Assembly (NCBI GenBank): GCA_018365375.1
Contig: JAGZKE010000007.1
Coordinates: 10,755-74,754, forward strand
Direction: 5' to 3'
From: Collinsella sp.
Lineage (GTDB): Bacteria; Actinomycetota; Coriobacteriia; Coriobacteriales; Coriobacteriaceae
Length of the DNA stretch: 64,000 nt
In this document: piece by piece, positions 37,102-46,915 of the stretch
Layout: each line of letters begins with the position of its first letter
How positions within the stretch are numbered: position 1 is the stretch's first letter
Notes under the pieces: generated by a model
Database searches by the model: none
Seen by the model: the letters and a program-made list of their open reading frames with translations, nothing else
Told to the model about the DNA's origin: nothing
Made by a program: the position numbers and the translations under genes

Positions 37102-38703
37102 ATGAACCAGATCCTTCTCTTTATCGGCCTCGTCATTATTCTGTGCCTGACCATCAAACCTGTCGGAAAAAAGCTCCCCTTCCCCACCCTGCTCATCTTT
37201 ATCGTGCTCGGCATGCTGCTGGGCGTCAACGGCCCGGCGCGCATCGACTTTAGCGACTATGCGCTCACCGAAACCGTCTGCAGCACGGCGCTGCTGTTCA
37301 TCATGTTCTACGGCGGCTTTAACACCAACATCGACCGCGCCAAACCTATCGCCGTGCCCGCGGTGCTGCTGAGCACCCTCGGCGTCGTCATCACCGCTGG
37401 CATCACCGGCGTGTTCGCGCATTTTGTGCTGGGCTTCGACTGGATCGGCGGCCTTCTGCTGGGATCGGTCGTGGCATCCACCGACGCGGCGAGCGTCTTT
37501 AGCGTGCTGCGCGAGCACAGCCTGTCGCTGAGAGGTGGCACCGACTCGCTGCTCGAGGTGGAATCGGGCTCCAACGACCCCGTCGCCTACATGCTCACCG
37601 CGGTGCTCGCTACCCTCGCGGCCGGCGGCGACGTTAACATCCCCGTGCTGCTGGCCAAGCAAATCATCCTAGGCGTGGGCTTGGGCATTGTCATCGGCTG
37701 GGCATCGGGCCGTCTGATCGAGCGCGCGCATGCAACAGCCGAGGGGGCGCAGACCATCTTCTTGTTCGCCGTGGCCATCGTCGCCTACGCGCTGCCGAGC
37801 TACCTGGGCGGCAACGGCTTTTTGGCAGTGTACCTTGCCGGCATTGTGCTGGGCGCAAGCGACATCACCGGCAAAGTCGGGCTGGCGCACTTCTTCGACA
37901 CCCTCACCGAGATGGCAGAGATGACCATCTTCTTCTTGCTAGGCCTGCTCGTGACGCCCGCCCGTCTGCCGCAAATGCTGCTGCCGGGCCTGGCACTCAT
38001 GGCGTTTATGCTCTTTGTGAGCCGCCCCATCGCCGTCGGTCTGCTGTTGGCGCCCTTTAAGACGAACCCTCGCCAGGTTGCACTCGTAAGCTGGGCGGGC
38101 CTGCGCGGCGCGGCTTCGGTCGTCTTTAGCCTCTTTGCCGTTGTGGCCGGTGTTCCCGGTGGGCACGACCTGTTTGACCTGGTCTTTGTGATTGCCGTGT
38201 CGAGCATTGTGGTGCAGGGCTCGCTGCTGCCGGCGGTGGCAAAGAAGCTCGATATGAACGATGCAGAAGGCGACGTGCGCCGCACGTTTAACGATTACCG
38301 CGACGAGGACGGCATGTCGTTCGTTAAGCTCAAGGTGGACGCGGGCCATCCGTTTGCCGGACACTCGCTCGCGGACATTGGCAGCGCCACAGATATGCTC
38401 GTTATCCTGGTGCTGCGCGACGGAGCGCACCCGGTACTGCCCAACGGTGATACCGTCATCGAGGAAGGCGACCTGCTGGTGATGGCCGCCCCAACGTTTG
38501 AAGAGCGCGCCGAGGTTACGCTGCGCGAGGTCACCGTGACTCCCCACGGTCGCCTGGCCGGCCAGCGCCTGCGCGATGTGCCGCAAGGCAAGCATCCGTT
38601 TATTGTGGTGATGCTCAAGCGCGAAGGCCAGACGATCATCCCCGATGGCAACACCCTAATATACGCCGGCGACGAAGCCGTCATCGCCACACTGGCATCG
38701 TAG
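37102..38703 (+). CDS. K+/H+ antiporter (NhaP2/CvrA family) with two TrkA-C domains
   Basis: 'STDAASVFSVLR', 'LEVESGSNDP', 'WAGLRGA'. Confidence 0.92.
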   Translation: MNQILLFIGLVIILCLTIKPVGKKLPFPTLLIFIVLGMLLGVNGPARIDFSDYALTETVCSTALLFIMFYGGFNTNIDRAKPIAVPAVLLSTLGVVITAGITGVFAHFVLGFDWIGGLLLGSVVASTDAASVFSVLREHSLSLRGGTDSLLEVESGSNDPVAYMLTAVLATLAAGGDVNIPVLLAKQIILGVGLGIVIGWASGRLIERAHATAEGAQTIFLFAVAIVAYALPSYLGGNGFLAVYLAGIVLGASDITGKVGLAHFFDTLTEMAEMTIFFLLGLLVTPARLPQMLLPGLALMAFMLFVSRPIAVGLLLAPFKTNPRQVALVSWAGLRGAASVVFSLFAVVAGVPGGHDLFDLVFVIAVSSIVVQGSLLPAVAKKLDMNDAEGDVRRTFNDYRDEDGMSFVKLKVDAGHPFAGHSLADIGSATDMLVILVLRDGAHPVLPNGDTVIEEGDLLVMAAPTFEERAEVTLREVTVTPHGRLAGQRLRDVPQGKHPFIVVMLKREGQTIIPDGNTLIYAGDEAVIATLAS

Positions 38704-38930
38704 TGACTAGGAGGTAGCTAATTTAGGACGAAGAGATCAAGCGCCTAGAGAACCTCATGTCTTCGCTCGCAGATTTGGATTTGCCTGAGGAGTAAGGTCA
38801 CCCCTCCCCCATGTAACCATCCTGTAAATCATAGCGGCGTAGTCGAGTTTTACCGCGATGCGGTCGCGCCCGGCGCTCCACTGTGCTAAAGTATCCCGAA
38901 CGTTCAAACGACTACGAGGGGAACTAGAAG

Positions 38931-40055
38931 ATGGCACGTGTGCACAACTTCTCAGCTGGCCCGGCCGCGCTGCCTACAAGCGTGCTCGCCGAGATCGCCG
39001 ACGAGATGATGGACTACCGCGGTTGCGGCATGTCCGTGCTCGAGATGAGCCATCGATCTAGCATGTACCAGCAGATCATCGACGACGCCGAGGCAACCCT
39101 GCGCCGTCTGCTGAACATCCCCGACAACTACCGTGTCCTGTTTTTGCAGGGCGGCGCCACGCTGCAGTTTGCGGGCATCCCCATGAACCTCATGCGCCGC
39201 GGGCGCGCCGGCTACATCGTGACCGGCAACTTTGCCAACAAGGCATACAAAGAAGCCGCCAAGTACGGCGAGGCCGTGCTGCTCGCAAGCTCCGAGAGCA
39301 CCAATTTCGACCGCATTCCCACCATGGCCGACATCAACGCGCGCATTGCCGCCGAGGCCGCGGGCGACGGGCTCGACTACGTCTACATCTGCCAGAACAA
39401 CACCATCTTTGGCACCATGTACCACGAGCTGCCTAACTGTGGCGATGTGCCGCTGTTCGCCGATGTCTCGAGCTGCTTCCTGTCGCAGCCGCTCGACGTC
39501 GAGCGCTACGGACTCATCTACGCCGGCGCGCAGAAAAACGCCGGCGCCGCGGGTGTGACCGTGGTCATCGTGCGCAACGACCTCATCGCAGATGGCCCCG
39601 CCTTTGCGCAGACGCCGCAGTACATGGACCTCAAGACCCAGGCCGCCAAGGGCTCCATGCTCAACACGCCCAACACCTTTGGCATCTACGTGTGCGGCAA
39701 GGTGTTCCGTTGGGTTGAGCAGACCGGCGGACTTGCCGCCATGGCCGAGCGCAACTGGGCCAAGGCCAACCTGCTCTATGACCTGCTCGAACACAGCGAG
39801 CTGTTCCATAGCACCACGCAAGCCGAAAGCCGCTCCATCGCCAACGTCACCTTCCGTACCGGCGACGCCGAACTCGACGCGGCCTTTGTCGCAGGCGCGG
39901 CCAAGCACCAGATTCAAAACGTCAAGGGCCATCGCCTGGTGGGCGGTATGCGCGCCAGCGTCTACAACGCCGTAACCATGGAAGACGTGCAGGCACTGGC
40001 CTCGTACATGAAGGACTTCGAAGCGCAGCATAGTTTGAGTCCGCGATCTAACTAG
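38931..40055 (+). CDS. serC: Phosphoserine aminotransferase
   Basis: 'NFSAGPA', 'EMSHRS', 'YAGAQKN', 'KGHRLVGGMRAS'. Confidence 0.97.
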   Translation: MARVHNFSAGPAALPTSVLAEIADEMMDYRGCGMSVLEMSHRSSMYQQIIDDAEATLRRLLNIPDNYRVLFLQGGATLQFAGIPMNLMRRGRAGYIVTGNFANKAYKEAAKYGEAVLLASSESTNFDRIPTMADINARIAAEAAGDGLDYVYICQNNTIFGTMYHELPNCGDVPLFADVSSCFLSQPLDVERYGLIYAGAQKNAGAAGVTVVIVRNDLIADGPAFAQTPQYMDLKTQAAKGSMLNTPNTFGIYVCGKVFRWVEQTGGLAAMAERNWAKANLLYDLLEHSELFHSTTQAESRSIANVTFRTGDAELDAAFVAGAAKHQIQNVKGHRLVGGMRASVYNAVTMEDVQALASYMKDFEAQHSLSPRSN

Positions 40056-40124
40056 CCCGCAACACGCGGGCCGACAAGCCACTTCAAACCACTTGTTTTA
40101 GACAAACCTGCTAAGGAGTTTTTC

Positions 40125-41288
40125 ATGCGCAAAATTAAAACCATCGACGACATTACCAAAGACGGCAAGGTCGAGTTTGGCGAGGGCTACGAGTTTGTGG
40201 GCACCGCCGAGGAGGCCGACGCCATCCTGATGCGCTCCACCGACCTGCACGGCTACGAGCTGCCCGAGGGCATCCGCGCCATCGCCCGCTGCGGCGCCGG
40301 CGTCAACAACATCCCAGTCGAGGAGTACGCCAAGAAGGGCGTCGTCGTCTTTAACTCCCCCGGCGCCAACAGCAACGCCGTCAAGGAGCTCGTCCTGGGC
40401 ATGCTGGTGCTTTCGAGCCGTGGCGTGGTGCAATCGATGAACTGGGTGCGCGACAACGCCGACGACCCCGAGATCCAGGTCGATGCCGAGAAGGCCAAGA
40501 AGGCCTTTGTGGGCCGCGAGCTCAAGGGTAAGCGCATCGGCGTCATCGGTCTGGGCAACGTGGGCTCCAAGGTTGCTAACGCCTGCGTCGACCTGGGCAT
40601 GGACGTCTACGGCTACGATCCGTTCATTTCCGTCGAGCACGCGTGGGTGCTGAGCCGCGAGGTGCAGCGCGTGGGTACGCTCGAAGATCTGTGCCGCGGC
40701 TGCGACTACCTCACCGTGCACGTGCCCAGCAAGGCCGACACCATCGGCATGATCAGCACCGAGCAGATCAACCTGCTGGCACCCGACGCAGTGCTCATCA
40801 ACTACGCGCGTGAGACCATCATTGACGAGGACGCCGTCGACGCCGCCCTGCGCGAGGGCAAGCTCAGCTGGTTTAGCTGCGACTTTGCCACGCCCAAGAC
40901 CGTCAAGATGCCCAATACGTTTATCACCACGCACTCGGGCGCCGGCACCGGCGAGGCCGAGGCCAACTGCGCCGATATGGCCATCAGCGAGCTCAAGGAT
41001 TACCTGGAGAACGGCAACATCGCACACAGCGTCAACTACCCCGCCTGCAGCATGGGCAAGGCGCGCGCCGCAAGCCGCATCGCCTGCCTGCACGCCAACG
41101 TGCCCAACATGATCGGCCAGATCACGGCGATCCTGGCCAAGGACAATGCCAACGTGCAGCGTATGACCAACGAGTCCGCCGGCGAGAACGCCTACACCAT
41201 GTTCGACACGGACGAGCACCTGGACAGCAGCACCATCGAGGCGCTCAAGCGGATTCCGTCGATGTATCGCGTACGCGTGATCAAGTAG
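40125..41288 (+). CDS. serA: D-3-phosphoglycerate dehydrogenase
   Basis: 'RCGAGVNNIP', 'GVIGLGNVG', C-terminal ACT 'HANVPNMIGQIT'; follows serC. Confidence 0.92.
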   Translation: MRKIKTIDDITKDGKVEFGEGYEFVGTAEEADAILMRSTDLHGYELPEGIRAIARCGAGVNNIPVEEYAKKGVVVFNSPGANSNAVKELVLGMLVLSSRGVVQSMNWVRDNADDPEIQVDAEKAKKAFVGRELKGKRIGVIGLGNVGSKVANACVDLGMDVYGYDPFISVEHAWVLSREVQRVGTLEDLCRGCDYLTVHVPSKADTIGMISTEQINLLAPDAVLINYARETIIDEDAVDAALREGKLSWFSCDFATPKTVKMPNTFITTHSGAGTGEAEANCADMAISELKDYLENGNIAHSVNYPACSMGKARAASRIACLHANVPNMIGQITAILAKDNANVQRMTNESAGENAYTMFDTDEHLDSSTIEALKRIPSMYRVRVIK

Positions 41289-41351
41289 CGCCGGCTGATC
41301 TGACGGGCAGTTCCCCATGTGGCCTGCCCGTCGCTGACATTGAATGCCCGC

Positions 41352-41387
41352 GGGGGCGCCTTTCGCACGAGAGGCGCCCCCATTTTT
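41352..41387 (+). terminator. Intrinsic terminator after serA
   Basis: gggggcgcctttcg-ca-cgagaggcgccccc-attttt. Confidence 0.8.
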
Positions 41388-41465
41388 GTGAGCGCTCCAT
41401 TAAATGCACCGAGCCGCTTCTTGACATACAATTTGTATGTTGACCTAACTATCTGTGAGGTGCCT

Positions 41466-42686
41466 ATGGTTGATACAGATTTTGCTTGGCGGCTTACGCA
41501 AGGGCTCGTGCGGATCGACAGTTCCGACCCAGGTGCGTATGAGGGCGAGATTGAACGCTATATCAAAGCGTTGGTTGAGGAACGGTTGGCGCAGCTGAGC
41601 CATCCGGTACTCGATGCCGTGCAGATTGCAGAGCTCGAAGTACTCCCCGGGCGCCGCAACCTTATGGTCACCGTGCCGGGCCAAAGCGACGAGCCGCGAC
41701 TCGTCTATATCTGCCATATGGATACCGTTACGCTGGGCGATGGCTGGGACGCGGACATTCCGCCGCTCGGGACGGTTGTGCATAACGACAAACTCTATGG
41801 CCGTGGCGCCTGCGACATGAAGGGTGGCCTGGCCTGCGCCATTGCCGCGCTGGTCCATACGCTCGAGCGCGTGGTGGCGGATGGCGCGCTGCCCCGCCGC
41901 GGCTTTTCGCTCATCTGCTCGGTCGACGAGGAAGATTTTATGCGCGGCTCAGAGGCCGCGATCGATGCTGGCTGGGTCGGCTCGCGCGAATGGGTGCTGG
42001 ACACCGAGCCCACCGACGGACAGATCCAGGTGGCGCACAAGGGGCGTACGTGGTTCGAGATTGAAATGGCTGGCGTGACGGCGCATGCGAGCCAGCCCTG
42101 GAAGGGCGCGGATGCCGTCGCCGCCATGGCCGAGGCCGTGTGCTCGCTTCGCCGTGCGTTCGCGGCACTGCCCGTGCATGATGAGCTGGGGCCATCGACC
42201 ATCACGTTTGGACAGATCGAGGGTGGCTATCGTCCCTATGTCGTGCCCGACCACGCCAAGGTCTGGGTCGATATGCGTCTGACCCCGCCGACCGATACGG
42301 CCGCCGCAACGCGCATGGTAGAGCAGGCCATCGCCATCGCCGAAGCCGCCGTTCCCGGTTGCCATGGCAGCTACACCGTGACGGGCGACCGCCCCGCCAT
42401 CGAGCGCGACCCGAACTCTCCCCTTCTAGCAGCGCTCAAGCGTGCCGCCGATGACGTGACGGACGCGGACACGACCGTCGGCTTCTTTACCGGCTACACC
42501 GACACCGCCGTCATTGCCGGCAAGACGGGTAACCGCAATTGCATGAGCTACGGTCCCGGGTCGCTCGCGCTCGCGCACAAGCCCAACGAATATGTGCCCC
42601 ACGCCGATATCGTTCGTTGTCAGCAGGTGCTAATCGCGCTCGCCGATAACGTGCTCTGGGACGCGAGCGGCCAAGTTGGGGCATAA
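41466..42686 (+). CDS. M20 family metallopeptidase/deacylase (ArgE/DapE-like)
   Basis: 'HMDTV', 'GRGACDMKGG', 'DEE', 'EPT', 'AHKPNE'. Confidence 0.9.
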   Translation: MVDTDFAWRLTQGLVRIDSSDPGAYEGEIERYIKALVEERLAQLSHPVLDAVQIAELEVLPGRRNLMVTVPGQSDEPRLVYICHMDTVTLGDGWDADIPPLGTVVHNDKLYGRGACDMKGGLACAIAALVHTLERVVADGALPRRGFSLICSVDEEDFMRGSEAAIDAGWVGSREWVLDTEPTDGQIQVAHKGRTWFEIEMAGVTAHASQPWKGADAVAAMAEAVCSLRRAFAALPVHDELGPSTITFGQIEGGYRPYVVPDHAKVWVDMRLTPPTDTAAATRMVEQAIAIAEAAVPGCHGSYTVTGDRPAIERDPNSPLLAALKRAADDVTDADTTVGFFTGYTDTAVIAGKTGNRNCMSYGPGSLALAHKPNEYVPHADIVRCQQVLIALADNVLWDASGQVGA

Positions 42687-42725
42687 TAAGCCGCGAACAA
42701 ACCGACTCGCGCGTTAGGACCGCCC

Positions 42726-43409
42726 ATGAAAGCACTTCCGTTTCCCTGCATCCGCCCGGCTCAGGACCGCGTGCTCGAAGCGCTGTCCGCAATGGGCAGC
42801 ATCCTGAGCGGCAACGATGCCCTGCGCGGAGCCATTGCCGATGGCCTGATGCTCAAGGACCCAGGTGCAGCGTATTACGTGTACGAATGCTCGGGGGAGC
42901 CGGGACGCGTGACGGGTGTCGTGGCGATTTGCCCGACGAGTGTATTTGCGGGCGACAAGAGCGATGCCAGCGCTGACGTGGCCGCCGCTGCGCGCGCGAT
43001 CGCCGAGCTCAAAGTGCAGCCGCGCCCCGTGTCGCTCGCCTACGAGGCCTCGCCCGTCATGGATATCATCCTGGGCGCCGCCAAAGAGGGCGCGTCGCTC
43101 TACGCCGTTACCGACCCCGCGGGCATTACACACCGCGCGTGGGAGGTCAAGCGCGAGGACGCCGTCGGGGCCATCCGCGCTATGCTCGACCAAGCACCGG
43201 AGCCGGCACTGACCGACGACCCCGCCTACGCCGCCGCTCTGACCGGGGCGTCGCAGCTGCTGGCCGATGAGGCCCGTGCCGCCGGAACGTACACCGGCAA
43301 GGAGCCGTTCAACTTTACCGTTGCCGTGCTCTTCCCCGCCGCGCAGGTCAGCGGCGCCGCGCCGCAAGTTCCGACAGGTCTGCTCACGCACCAGGTCGCG
43401 CGGTTCTAG
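42726..43409 (+). CDS. Shortened DUF1015-like protein
   Basis: N-terminus 'PFPCIRP' and 'D..AAYYVYE' resemble DUF1015; located downstream of serC-serA. Confidence 0.55.
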   Translation: MKALPFPCIRPAQDRVLEALSAMGSILSGNDALRGAIADGLMLKDPGAAYYVYECSGEPGRVTGVVAICPTSVFAGDKSDASADVAAAARAIAELKVQPRPVSLAYEASPVMDIILGAAKEGASLYAVTDPAGITHRAWEVKREDAVGAIRAMLDQAPEPALTDDPAYAAALTGASQLLADEARAAGTYTGKEPFNFTVAVLFPAAQVSGAAPQVPTGLLTHQVARF

Positions 43410-43538
43410 CAAGACCAGACCGCCCAGCACAATAATCGGCAGCTCAACAAACAGGGGGCGGAGATGCAGCAGGTACATGCATCTCCGCCCCTTTCGCGTC
43501 GAGAAGTTATGCCGGCGACCCGTGCCGCCGCGCTCGCG

Positions 43539-44174
43539 TTATCCGCGCTGCGGACCCGCAGTAGCCACGAGCGGTTCAAGCCCCAGCTCGCGCGCATAAT
43601 CTTCCTGCGTAAAGACTTCGACCAGCTCAAACGTACCGGCCTCGTCGTCAAACACGAAATGCAGCACCGAGCAGTTGCCCGGCACGCGATCGCGCTCATC
43701 AGCCGCCGCACCCTTCACGTGGTCCATGAACTCCTTGATGGCCGAGCCGTGGCTCACCGCGAGCACGCACTCGTGGTCCGGGCGACGCATAAGATCGGTC
43801 AACGTCGCCACCACGCGCTCGCGCACCTGCATCTGGCCCTCGCCGCCAAACTGGCGATAGAAGTCGCGCCACGGGCGCTCGGGCATGAGTATCACGCGCT
43901 CGGCCTCAAAGTCGCCAAAGAACCACTCACGCAGGCCGTCCAGGCGCTCGTACGCCAAGCCCGGCCACAAGTTGGCGATAGTCTGCTCGGTGCGATGAAG
44001 CGTGGAGGTGTAGGCATGATCGGGCTCAACGCCGCGCGCACGTAAAAACATGCCGGCGCGCGCCGCCTGGTCGCAACCCAACTGCGTAAGCGGCGAATCA
44101 CTCCACCCCTGAATGATACGCTTAAGGTTGAATATCGTCTGTCCATGACGGACCAGATACAGATCTTTATTCAT
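43539..44174 (-). CDS. Histidine phosphatase family protein
   Basis: 'LYLVRHGQT', 'QGWSDSPLT', 'LREWFFG', 'VSHG'. Confidence 0.93.
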   Translation of the reverse strand: MNKDLYLVRHGQTIFNLKRIIQGWSDSPLTQLGCDQAARAGMFLRARGVEPDHAYTSTLHRTEQTIANLWPGLAYERLDGLREWFFGDFEAERVILMPERPWRDFYRQFGGEGQMQVRERVVATLTDLMRRPDHECVLAVSHGSAIKEFMDHVKGAAADERDRVPGNCSVLHFVFDDEAGTFELVEVFTQEDYARELGLEPLVATAGPQRG

Positions 44175-44191
44175 AGGGGTCCTTTCGTTCG

Positions 44192-44734
44192 TTACCAACC
44201 CAAGAGCGAAAACGCCCCGTCGCAATAGCCAAAATGAAGCACGGCACCGTTGTCGGGTAGCTCTCCCTCGCCAGTCACATACTCAAGAAACTCCTGGCAG
44301 GCTGAGCCGTGGGAAACCGCCAGCACGCAGTCGTGCTGCGGCCTGGCCATGATGCGGGACAGCGCCCCGACCATACGTGCGCGAAGCTCACTTTCCGACT
44401 CGCCACCAAAGGCAACCGGATAATCACCCCAGGGCTGCGGCGGCATCTCGCGATTTGATGTGCCCTCCAGCGAGCCAAAATGCCACTCACGCAGGTCATC
44501 GACCAGCTCAATGGAACGGCCCTCGCCAACGATAAGCTCGGCCGTATGCCGCGCCCGGCCCAACGGCGAGGAATACACATGATCAAAGGCCACGCCACGC
44601 GCCGCAAACGCCGCGCGCGTCGCCAGCGCCTGCTGACGCCCGCGCGCCGTAAGCGGCGAATCGTGCCAGCCCTGCAAAATGCTCTGCACATTGAGCTCAG
44701 TCTGCCCATGCCGCACCAAATACAGATCCGCCAC
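44192..44734 (-). CDS. Histidine phosphatase family protein (tandem paralog)
   Basis: 'LYLVRHGQT', 'QGWHDSPLT', 'SSPLGRA', 'VSHG'; GTG start after GGGAGG. Confidence 0.92.
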   Translation of the reverse strand: MADLYLVRHGQTELNVQSILQGWHDSPLTARGRQQALATRAAFAARGVAFDHVYSSPLGRARHTAELIVGEGRSIELVDDLREWHFGSLEGTSNREMPPQPWGDYPVAFGGESESELRARMVGALSRIMARPQHDCVLAVSHGSACQEFLEYVTGEGELPDNGAVLHFGYCDGAFSLLGW

Positions 44735-44749
44735 ACACCCTCCCCTCGT

Positions 44750-44786
44750 ACCACCACAAAGGGGACAGGCACCTTTGTGGTGGTTT
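44750..44786 (+). repeat. GGGAC-loop palindrome, family B
   Basis: accaccacaaaggggacaggcacctttgtggtggt. Confidence 0.9.
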
Positions 44787-44816
44787 ACCGCTGGATCACA
44801 CCGCGGTGACACTCAA

Positions 44817-45488
44817 CTACACCAGCACGTCGGCGAGCGAACGCTTGGGTACGTGGTGCACCTGCGCCTCGTCGCGCCAATAATTGATGGAGCCGTCGGG
44901 GTTGGAATCGATCGCATCGATCACCTGTGTCTCGGCCGGAACGCCAAACGCCATGATCAGCTTGAGCTCATATTTGTCGTTATCGAGCCCCATGGCATCG
45001 ATCGCGCGGGGCGTAAAGGCCTTGAACATACAGGCTGCCACCTCAGGCGTGGCGCTGCGGGCGGCGAGCATCATCGTCTGCGCGGCAATGCCCGTGTCGA
45101 CCTCGGTAATGGGAGCGGCTGGCTTGCCCGGAACGGCGCGCTCAGCCAAAATCGCGATGTAGCCGGTCGGGCGCTCACCCTCGGCAGGACCCGGCCAATC
45201 CTTAAGCGCACCGGCCCATGCAAGCTCATCAAATACGCGCGCGCAATCCACGGCACCGCTCACCACATGAAAACGCAGACGCTGAGCATTGGCGCCGCAG
45301 GGAGTCAGGTGAGCCAGCTCTGCCAGCTCGAGCAAAAACTCACGCGGCACGCGCATGGACTCGTCAAAACGGCGGCACGTACGGGCACGACGGACCAGCG
45401 CATCAAACGCTTCCAAGCCGAGCTTTTCGCAACCCTGCTCTGCCATCGATTCGACACTCGACGGCGCCTCGGGAACTGCTTCGTTCAT
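44817..45488 (-). CDS. Nitroreductase family protein
   Basis: 'RTCRRF', 'PCGANAQRLRF', 'DTGIAAQTMML', 'HHVPKR'; start uncertain. Confidence 0.88.
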   Translation of the reverse strand: MNEAVPEAPSSVESMAEQGCEKLGLEAFDALVRRARTCRRFDESMRVPREFLLELAELAHLTPCGANAQRLRFHVVSGAVDCARVFDELAWAGALKDWPGPAEGERPTGYIAILAERAVPGKPAAPITEVDTGIAAQTMMLAARSATPEVAACMFKAFTPRAIDAMGLDNDKYELKLIMAFGVPAETQVIDAIDSNPDGSINYWRDEAQVHHVPKRSLADVLV

Positions 45489-45723
45489 AGGGACCCCCAA
45501 TACAAGCCAATTGTCCTTAGGAAAATCTAACCTAAAACGTAGGCAATAACGAACAGGGCTGCAATGTTCTACACCTGTTGAATAGAAAATCGCAACGTGG
45601 GGAACAACGGAAACAATTCGGGGCCTTTGGGTTACGTTTCGCCCTCTCCGACCCATACGCCAGCGCCTTTAGGCGATACTGGTTGTAACGATCAAGGCTT
45701 ACGCCGCACGGAAAGGAGACATT

Positions 45724-46326
45724 ATGGGCATCTTTAAGAATGATGACCAAAAATCGAGCCAGTTTGGATTTGACGAGAAAAGCATGGCAGGCAAGGCCGT
45801 CAAGGCCGTGCGCTGGATTTACGCCATCACGGGCGTCTTGGCGCTCGTCGCCGGCATCGCACTGCTGTTTGCGCCTGCCAAGTCCCTCGTCTTCCTAACG
45901 ACCGTCTTGGGCTTCTACTTTGTGATCACGGCCGCGATCAGGCTGTTTACCGCTGTTTTCGAGCCACTGCTGCCCACCGGCTGGCGCGTGACGAGCATCA
46001 TCTCCAACCTACTCATTATCTTGGGCGGCGTCATAATCCTGCGCAACCAGGCCTTCTCGACCGCGACGCTCACCACGATGGTGGTTATCGTGGCCGGCTT
46101 TGGCTGGATCGTCGAAGGTGTCATGTCCATTCTGGAGTCCGAGCTTTCGTCCAACCGTGCCCTCGCCATCCTGAGCGGCGCGCTCTCCATCATCGCCGGC
46201 ATGTTCGTGTTTATCTATCCGCTGTGGTCGGCCAAGATGCTCGTCATCTTTAGCGGCGCCGCACTGCTGGTGTTTGGCGTAACGCTGATTGTTCGTGCTA
46301 TTCAATTTGGCAAACTGGTGCACTAG
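45724..46326 (+). CDS. HdeD/DUF308 family membrane protein
   Basis: Repeated TM hairpins 'GVLALVAGI...P'; SD GAAAGGAG. Confidence 0.8.
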   Translation: MGIFKNDDQKSSQFGFDEKSMAGKAVKAVRWIYAITGVLALVAGIALLFAPAKSLVFLTTVLGFYFVITAAIRLFTAVFEPLLPTGWRVTSIISNLLIILGGVIILRNQAFSTATLTTMVVIVAGFGWIVEGVMSILESELSSNRALAILSGALSIIAGMFVFIYPLWSAKMLVIFSGAALLVFGVTLIVRAIQFGKLVH

Positions 46327-46809
46327 ATGCCACGAACGCTCTTTATTGATGCAGACGCCTGCCCGGTCACGCGCGAGTCGATTGACTGCGCGCGGCGGGC
46401 GGGCGTCGCCGTTGTTATCGCCGGCAACAGCACGCAAAACCTGGAACGGCACATTCGCCGCGACGACCCGCGCGACGCCGAGCACGCGCGACGCAGATTT
46501 TGGGTCACGACGCTCGATGTGAGCGTGGGCGCCGACAGCGCCGACTTTGCCATTGTCGAACGCCTGCAGGCGGGCGACGTGGTCGTGACGCAGGACATTG
46601 GCTTGGCGAGCATGGTGCTCGGGCGCGATGCCGCCGCCATCGGTGTGCGCGGGCGCGTCTACGACAAAGCGACCATCGACATGCAGTTGTTTATTCGCCA
46701 CGAGGAAAAGAAGGTACGCCGCGCCGGGGGACGCACTCGCGGACCGGCGGCATTTACCAGCGAAGACCGGGCCCGCTTTAAACGCAACCTCACCGAGCTG
46801 CTGCACTAA
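46327..46809 (+). CDS. YaiI/YqxD (DUF188) family protein
   Basis: 'IDADACPV', 'DSADFAI', 'VVTQDIGLA', 'GGRTRGP'. Confidence 0.92.
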   Translation: MPRTLFIDADACPVTRESIDCARRAGVAVVIAGNSTQNLERHIRRDDPRDAEHARRRFWVTTLDVSVGADSADFAIVERLQAGDVVVTQDIGLASMVLGRDAAAIGVRGRVYDKATIDMQLFIRHEEKKVRRAGGRTRGPAAFTSEDRARFKRNLTELLH

Positions 46810-46812
46810 CCA

Positions 46813-46915
46813 AGGTAGATTTTTGGGACATGCCTAAAAATCTACCTTTTTGTTTTGGCAGCGGGGAATGCCCTGGTCACAGGGGTAGATCGTAAGACAT
46901 GTCCCAATAATCTAC
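46813..46915. repeat. GGGAC-loop palindromes, family E (inverted pair between convergent genes)
   Basis: aggtagatttttgggacatgcctaaaaatctacct and gtagatcgtaagacatgtcccaataatctac. Confidence 0.8.

Noticed and set aside
38710..38930. Possible riboswitch upstream of serC
   Set aside because: No motif I recognise; part reads as a short coding remnant (DEEIKRLENLMSSLADLDLPEE*) without a start
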